Positions 58,231 to 64,000 of a stretch of DNA of 64,000 nucleotides are shown here, piece after piece; the stretch's first letter is position 1, and every line of letters begins with the position of its first letter. Source of the stretch: Planctomycetota bacterium (GTDB taxonomy: Bacteria > Planctomycetota > UBA8108 > SXIK01); the NCBI GenBank assembly GCA_965223845.1, contig CBDCXR010000004.1:7776001-7840000 (forward strand), read 5' to 3'. Position numbers and translations under genes: made by a program. Below the pieces are notes generated by a model. The model was not told where the DNA came from. It worked only from the letters and a program-made list of their open reading frames with translations, and did not search any database.

Positions 58231-59886
58231 TTATCGTTCGCGCGCGTGTCGAATTCGCGCAGCGATGCACGCGGCTACGAGGCCGACGACCGTTGCGGCT
58301 CCGAAGAAACCTGAGTAGCAACCGGCGATGGTCGCGCTCCGGGTCGCGTCGGTGGCCCAAGGATCGAGCGCTTGGTTGAGCGCGAGGAACGGAAACGCCG
58401 CCACCAGCTGCGCGGGGCTAGAGGGGGGGAGACCGACCGTCGAATCGACGAGCAGTGGGAGGACGATGTTCCACGCTGCCAGGACACCGAACGCCAAAAC
58501 GAGCGCGTTCACGCTGCGTCGACAGACGACTGAAATGAGTACACCGGTGGCACCGCAAAGAACGTAGGTGACGGCAGTGATGACGATCGCAGCGGGAACT
58601 GCCGCGCGGGGCGCCTCATCGTCGAGGAGGGCGAACGGGAGAATTACGACGAGCGGTCCGACGAGACACGCTCCGGAGTAGAGGCTCGAGTAGAACTTCC
58701 CGATGACGATGCGAGGCATCGTGATGAGCGAGCTCCGGAGAAAGTCGATGTTTCCCTGCTCGATCTCTCGCGTGAAGCTCGTCGACGCCACTGCCGTGAC
58801 AAAGAGGAGAGTGAAGAAGAGGTTGAGGTTGAAGAGGGGGTAGAGACAAGACACGCCCCCATCTGCAGCCACCAGGGCGATGAGGAGGTAGAGCATGAAG
58901 ATAGACCCGAACGCGATCACGCGGTACTGAACGCGTGAGAAGAACTCGCTGCGAAGCTCCTTCTGAAAGATGGGATTCTCGAACCCGGGAAGCGATTTTC
59001 CCAGCCGCATCAAGACACGCGTGAGCCAGGTTCGGGCGAGCTTGCGAGGTTGCTCGATGAGACCCTGAGTAACCGTCATCGGCGCGTCGCTTGTCTCAGC
59101 GTCGTAGGGGCGTCGAGTTCGTCGCAGGAGGTACCCGAGATGGGGGACCGCCACGATGGTGCTCGCGATTGAGTAGATCACGAACGCGGTCCGCAGCGAA
59201 CCGAACGGTTGGAAGGGGCCCTGGTACCCTGCGATCACGATCGGGCCGTACGGGGTGAGGGACATGATCAGCGTCCCGTCGGCCGCTCGGCCGATCGACG
59301 CCATGAGGGCGAGAACGAGCGATAGTCCGCCGTTCCAAAAGAGAAGCCATGCGATCGAGCGGATCACCGCTCCGGCCGTCGTCTTCGCGCGAAGGGAAAC
59401 AGTGAGGCAGACGAGCGTCGAAACAGTGACGGCGATGAACGTCGTTGCGTAGGTGATGATGACCACCTGCGTGTCGAGGCCGCCGAGCAGGTAGAGGAGA
59501 CAGATGACGGGGGCGCACGCGACGATGAGAATGACCGTGTAGCCGATCGACGAGAGGAACTTGGAGAAGACGATGGAGGAGGGGCGGAGCAGCGTCGAGT
59601 AGACGAGGTCGAAGGTGTTGTTCTCGCGTTCACTCGTAAACGCGAGCGCGGAAAACGCCGGGACGATCACGAGCGCCGCCGTGAGCTGAGCAACGGCGCA
59701 GAACAGGAAGAGCTCGGCGTTTCTCACCGAATCAGCATGTGCGTTTCCGTGGAAGGTCGGCCAATTCATGAGCGGGACCGCCGCGGCACCGGCCACTCCG
59801 GCCAGGAGAAGCCAGATCGCGCGGCGCGTACGGAGATGGCCGATGAGCTCGCGGCGGAGGAGGGGAAACTCGAACAAGAGGTTCAC
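58231..59886 (-). CDS. ABC transporter permease (two ABC-2-like membrane domains)
   Basis: PLLRREL, FTSERENNTFDLV...SKF, ENPIFQKELR, FTREIEQG.IDFL...GKF. Confidence 0.88.
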   Translation of the reverse strand: MNLLFEFPLLRRELIGHLRTRRAIWLLLAGVAGAAAVPLMNWPTFHGNAHADSVRNAELFLFCAVAQLTAALVIVPAFSALAFTSERENNTFDLVYSTLLRPSSIVFSKFLSSIGYTVILIVACAPVICLLYLLGGLDTQVVIITYATTFIAVTVSTLVCLTVSLRAKTTAGAVIRSIAWLLFWNGGLSLVLALMASIGRAADGTLIMSLTPYGPIVIAGYQGPFQPFGSLRTAFVIYSIASTIVAVPHLGYLLRRTRRPYDAETSDAPMTVTQGLIEQPRKLARTWLTRVLMRLGKSLPGFENPIFQKELRSEFFSRVQYRVIAFGSIFMLYLLIALVAADGGVSCLYPLFNLNLFFTLLFVTAVASTSFTREIEQGNIDFLRSSLITMPRIVIGKFYSSLYSGACLVGPLVVILPFALLDDEAPRAAVPAAIVITAVTYVLCGATGVLISVVCRRSVNALVLAFGVLAAWNIVLPLLVDSTVGLPPSSPAQLVAAFPFLALNQALDPWATDATRSATIAGCYSGFFGAATVVGLVAACIAARIRHARER

Positions 59887-59923
59887 GGTCGTCCCTTAGC
59901 TCCAGCCTCTGGGCGATTCGGGC

Positions 59924-60934
59924 TCAAGCGATTTTTCCTTCAGTGAGTTTCATGAACGCCGCCTCGAGGTCGACGACGTCTTCCGCGAACTCGATGAACG
60001 CGATCCCCGCGCCGACGAGAGCACTCGGAATGGCGCTGATCTCGGCATCGGAAGCCGTAATTTCAATTCGGAGAACGGCACCGTCCGAGCGGACGGCCGA
60101 CACTCCCGCGAGCGGCTCTAGAAGCTCGATCGCTCGCTTCTCGTCGTCGCGCTCGAGGAGCTTCAGCGAGAACTCTCGGTGGCGGCGGAGACTGCGGAGG
60201 ATCTCGTCGACATTCCCCGCGGCGACGAGTTGTCCCTGCTCGAGGATGCCGACCGAGTCGCAGATCGCCGAGAGCTCGACGAGGATGTGACTCGAGACGA
60301 GGATCGTCTTTCCCATCGTCTTCAACTCGCGGAGGAGCTCGCGGAACTCGATCCGCGCCCGGGGGTCGAGCCCCGACGCGGGCTCGTCCAGAATGAGCAC
60401 CGCCGGATCGTGGAGGAGGGTCTTCGCGAGGCACGCACGCTGCTTCATCCCCTTCGAGAACCCGCTGACCAGATCGCGGCGCTTCGAGCCGAGGTCGGTC
60501 AGTGCCAGGACATCCTCGATCATCGCCCGCCGCCGCTTGCGCGCGAGCCGGTAGGCCGCGGCAAAGAACTCGAGGTACTCGTCGAGCGTCATATTGTCGT
60601 ACACCCCAAACGAGTCGGGCATGTAGCCGACGAACTCCTTGACGCGCTGCGGGTTCTTCTCTACGTCTACGCCGAGAATCTCGGCGCGTCCTTTCGAAGG
60701 CTTGAGGAGTCCCGCGAGGATGCGGATCGTGGTCGTCTTGCCGGCGCCGTTCGGGCCGATGTAGCCGAAGATCTTTCCGCACTCGATTTCGAGGTCGAGC
60801 GAGTCGAGGGCCGGCTTGTCGCCGTACATCTTGGACAGACCCTTCGTGTAGACCGCCGCCGAAGGCGCGCCTTCTGGCTTGGGCGTCGTCGGCGGTTCGA
60901 CGGGGGACGCGGCGGCGTCGATGGGCTCAGTCAT
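59924..60934 (-). CDS. ABC transporter ATP-binding protein
   Basis: GPNGAGKTT, FSKGMKQR, LILDEPASGLDP, SSH. Confidence 0.96.
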   Translation of the reverse strand: MTEPIDAAASPVEPPTTPKPEGAPSAAVYTKGLSKMYGDKPALDSLDLEIECGKIFGYIGPNGAGKTTTIRILAGLLKPSKGRAEILGVDVEKNPQRVKEFVGYMPDSFGVYDNMTLDEYLEFFAAAYRLARKRRRAMIEDVLALTDLGSKRRDLVSGFSKGMKQRACLAKTLLHDPAVLILDEPASGLDPRARIEFRELLRELKTMGKTILVSSHILVELSAICDSVGILEQGQLVAAGNVDEILRSLRRHREFSLKLLERDDEKRAIELLEPLAGVSAVRSDGAVLRIEITASDAEISAIPSALVGAGIAFIEFAEDVVDLEAAFMKLTEGKIA

Positions 60935-63174
60935 CTATTCCCAAGCTCGGAGAACTGTGACGGCAGCTCGAAAACAACAAACGAGATTGCGCGGTGCGTC
61001 TCGAACCGCTCCGTCGGTGAAAAGAGCCCCCGAGTCGTCACTGCGATGATGTATCGCGGCGAGAATCCGGCTAATGTCGACGCCGATTTAGCTCGACGGC
61101 GGTGTCGCCACGAGTTCGGGTCATCCGAACGACCTGGATCGAGCGCGAGTCCGAGCGCGTCAAGTACGACGGTCAATTCGTCGGGTTCCGGAAGCCAATC
61201 CGGTTCTCGCGCGTCCGTCGGATGGCTGGCCTTGCGTGCCAGGGCGCGGATTTTCGCTGCGAGTCCGGACGAGCGAAACGGGTCGGTCGAGAACCAAACT
61301 CGATCCCAGAGGGACGTCGCACGATCCTCGAGGCCGAAGTCCGCCTCCTCGTCCGCGCGGAGAGGCTCCTTGCGGAGGACGAATCCGGACGGAGCTTGCG
61401 AAACGAGCAGAATCTCGTCCTTCCCCTCATTCTTCAATCGAAGCGAAGGCCCGTTCGCGCCCCGTTCGTAGGACCACGAAAGATCAGTGAGATCAGTGCG
61501 ATGGTCGATTCGGAACGAGCGCCGGGCGTTCGTGGAGATTCGAAACGGGGCGAGCCACATACGCCCTGACGCGTCGAGCCGAATCGGTGTGTCCGGATGC
61601 TGGACTTCCATGTGCGACCGCAGGTCGCTCACTCCGGTAAGCGGATGGATCCGCGGCGGGAGTCCACCGTCAGCGGCGGCGAATTCCCGCCCGGCGAGAT
61701 CGATCACTCGCGGCTTAGGTGAGAACACCGATACGAACGAAGTGGCGTCACACGTTTTGCCGTCGGCGTGCGCCACCGCGATGGTGAGTTCACTCAGTTC
61801 TGGTTGCTCGACTGCGCTCAGTGCACCGAACTGATAAATCGCGATCGTTCCGACCGCCGCGGCCGCGATGATCGCCACGAACGCCAGCTCCCGCCGCCGG
61901 CGAAAGATCCACGCCGGGACGACGATCCCGATCGCCAGATAGAGGGCGAGGGCCGTCACCACGACCTCGCCCCTGGGAACGCGGAAGCTCGCCATCGAGT
62001 AGAGCTGAGGCACGACGACGTTTTCGACGAGTCCCAATCCGTACTCCCGATCCCCCGCGAAGGTCAGCGCCCGGGCGAGCGAAGGCTGAAGCTCTGAGTA
62101 GAGACCGGGCAGAGCGCTTTCCTGCGGGAACGAGTCTCCGAGCGGAGTGAACGAGCAGGTCTGCACGACGCCCGCGCCCCGACGATAGCGGAGCGAGAGC
62201 TCCGAGTGTCGCAGCAGATCGCGAAAATTGTCCACTGCGGCGGGACCGTCGGGGGCGATCGTATGGTACGCACCGGCAATCGATTTGCGCTCCGGATCGC
62301 CTGGTTCCGGCGGAGGCTCCGCCGCGGCGTCCCGCCGGAGTAAGCGGGCGACGACGTCCGGAACGTCGGCGCGGCGACCTTCGAGGCTGACACCGAGAAG
62401 GTCTCGAGTTTCCGGTGGAAGCCCCGAAGCCCACTCCGGCCCCGGAAACGCGACGAGCGTTCCGCCGCGCTCCACCCAGGTGCGAACCGCGTTGATCGCT
62501 TTTGGCTCCGTGTCGGCGAACGAGACTCCCCAGAGAACGATGAGCTGAAATGGCGCGAGCGCGTCCGCGAGACCGCTCAAGGCCTCGGGACGGACCGACT
62601 CGACGGTGAATGTCGGCCTCGGCCCCGAGTTTATCGCCGCGGGATCGTAGGGCGCGAGTCGACGGAGTAGCGCCTCCCCGAGCGGTTGAAATCTCGGGAC
62701 GTTTGAGTTCCCGAGAACGAGGATGCGTACGCGGACCTCTCGCGTGCTCACGTAGGGGGCATAGACCGTCCTTCGGTATCCGCTCTGCTCGAATCGGACG
62801 CGGAGCCTTCCGCCGCTTCGGAGGCCTCGAGCCGACATGTACGGGAGCGCGAGTTGCTTTGTCGCGCCGGAAGAGACATCGAGCTTGCAGCGGTAGCGGA
62901 CGGCGGATGGCTCACCCGCGACACCTTCGTCTCGGATCTCGACCGTACCGAAGAACGGCGCGCCGGTGTTCTTGACCCGGAGGGCGAGCGCGACGTAGCC
63001 CGCTTCCGGTGGTCGACGCATGAGCTCGACCTTCACCCGGACGTTTTCGGGGAGAAACTCCGGCGTGGATTCATCCCGCCCGCAGGAGGCGATCGAGGTC
63101 AGACTCACCACCGAGGCAGCCGCGAGTCCCAGTAGTCTGCCCAGTGATCGATCGAGCACGATCCCGCTCACCAC
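60931..63174 (-). CDS. ABC-associated membrane protein with GATase-like domain
   Basis: Signal ending IASC; AVRTWVERGGTLV GATase-like motif; two internal TMs; overlaps the ATPase gene. Confidence 0.75.
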   Translation of the reverse strand: MVSGIVLDRSLGRLLGLAAASVVSLTSIASCGRDESTPEFLPENVRVKVELMRRPPEAGYVALALRVKNTGAPFFGTVEIRDEGVAGEPSAVRYRCKLDVSSGATKQLALPYMSARGLRSGGRLRVRFEQSGYRRTVYAPYVSTREVRVRILVLGNSNVPRFQPLGEALLRRLAPYDPAAINSGPRPTFTVESVRPEALSGLADALAPFQLIVLWGVSFADTEPKAINAVRTWVERGGTLVAFPGPEWASGLPPETRDLLGVSLEGRRADVPDVVARLLRRDAAAEPPPEPGDPERKSIAGAYHTIAPDGPAAVDNFRDLLRHSELSLRYRRGAGVVQTCSFTPLGDSFPQESALPGLYSELQPSLARALTFAGDREYGLGLVENVVVPQLYSMASFRVPRGEVVVTALALYLAIGIVVPAWIFRRRRELAFVAIIAAAAVGTIAIYQFGALSAVEQPELSELTIAVAHADGKTCDATSFVSVFSPKPRVIDLAGREFAAADGGLPPRIHPLTGVSDLRSHMEVQHPDTPIRLDASGRMWLAPFRISTNARRSFRIDHRTDLTDLSWSYERGANGPSLRLKNEGKDEILLVSQAPSGFVLRKEPLRADEEADFGLEDRATSLWDRVWFSTDPFRSSGLAAKIRALARKASHPTDAREPDWLPEPDELTVVLDALGLALDPGRSDDPNSWRHRRRAKSASTLAGFSPRYIIAVTTRGLFSPTERFETHRAISFVVFELPSQFSELGNR

Positions 63175-63308
63175 AAATCACCTTGGCCGGAGACGAAGCT
63201 CTCCGCGACGCCCTCCCGCAACGATTCCGGCATTCTACCGCCGGCGACGCGCGCCCGCCGGTGGATTGTCTCTGTGAGCTCGCCTTCCGACGGGCGCCGC
63301 CCGATCCG

Positions 63309-63590
63309 TCAGATGATCTCCAGGTCCACGTCGACCACCCGGATGAGATTCTCCGACTCGAGAAAGTCCTCGATCTTCTCGAGCACGGAGTTGACGAAGC
63401 GTCCGTCGTTCGCCACTGTCGCGATTCCGATCTCGCCCATCTGCCACGAGTCGTTCGAGCCGATCTCCGCGACCGACACGTTGAAGGTGTTCATGAGTCG
63501 GTCCTTGAGCGAGCGCAGCACGCGCCGCTTCTCTTTGAGGTTCTGCGCGTCGAGAACCATGAACGAAACGCGCAGGGTGCCGATTCTCAC
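63309..63590 (-). CDS. DUF503 (YlxP-like) protein
   Basis: IGTL...NLKEKRRVLRSLKDRL..FNVSVAE....D.WQ...IG. Confidence 0.88.
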   Translation of the reverse strand: MRIGTLRVSFMVLDAQNLKEKRRVLRSLKDRLMNTFNVSVAEIGSNDSWQMGEIGIATVANDGRFVNSVLEKIEDFLESENLIRVVDVDLEII

Positions 63591-63937
63591 TCGCTCTCTC
63601 CTTCGCGAAGCCCTTCGAGCCCGAGGTCGTTCGCTTTCTTTTCGATGACGTCGACGGGAATGTCGATCGTCGCAGCCATCGCCGCGACGTCTCCCGCTGC
63701 GCGCGCGAGTTCCGTCTCGAGATACGCGCGCAGCTCGGTGCGCAGCTTCGTCGGGCTGATTCCGAGGAGCCGCGCCGCTGGCCGGAGCTTCCAATCCGCT
63801 GCACGCAGACCTTCGACGATCGCGCGGGCACCGAGCTCGAGCTGCACGCGGTAAAACGGAGTGTCCTTCTTTGCGCGACCCGTTTCGTTGCTCGTCGACT
63901 CGATCAGCTCGCGAAATGCCGTCCGATCGATGCTCAC
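63587..63937 (-). CDS. small protein with tandem Fis-like HTH motifs
   Basis: LRAADWKLRPAARLLGISPTKL and LARAAGDVAAMAATIDIP..IEKK..DLGL. Confidence 0.6.
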   Translation of the reverse strand: MSIDRTAFRELIESTSNETGRAKKDTPFYRVQLELGARAIVEGLRAADWKLRPAARLLGISPTKLRTELRAYLETELARAAGDVAAMAATIDIPVDVIEKKANDLGLEGLREGESE

Positions 63938-64000
63938 GAGACCGCGAGCGCTACGCGCCGCGTCGGCGGGCGAAGCGGCGCGGCGAAGCGATTCTCCCTT

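Overview
High-GC bacterial window. Dockerin-like, FGE-sulfatase, DUF4388 and ABC-permease content is typical of Planctomycetota; this taxonomy is inferred. About 3.9-13.4 kb holds a compact, translationally coupled, highly diverged contractile injection system (eCIS/Afp/PVC-like): DUF4255 cap, sheath, two tubes, chaperone, tube initiator, hub, gp25, baseplate J and P2-I. It has no recognisable spike tip, PAAR, fibre or AAA+ ATPase in this window. It is flanked by a divergent FG-GAP/dockerin surface protein and a PP2C phosphatase. About 14.6-56.6 kb is mostly housekeeping and envelope genes: pyk, kbl, hisS, iscA, iscS, LPS genes, mqnA, mdh, queA, serS, carA, purA, uppS, cdsA, phoH-7TM-HD-ybeY and a second EF-G. 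At 57625-58200 is a gene the ORF track splits: a lipoprotein with an HMA-like domain whose metal-binding loop holds two in-frame TGA codons (U-I-U). A SECIS-like hairpin follows directly, and an outer-membrane beta-barrel gene lies just upstream, making this a candidate di-selenocysteine metal-binding system. The window ends with an ABC operon and two small genes. No rRNA, tRNA, CRISPR array or transposase was recognised. All family calls come from motif recognition by eye; no database searches were run.
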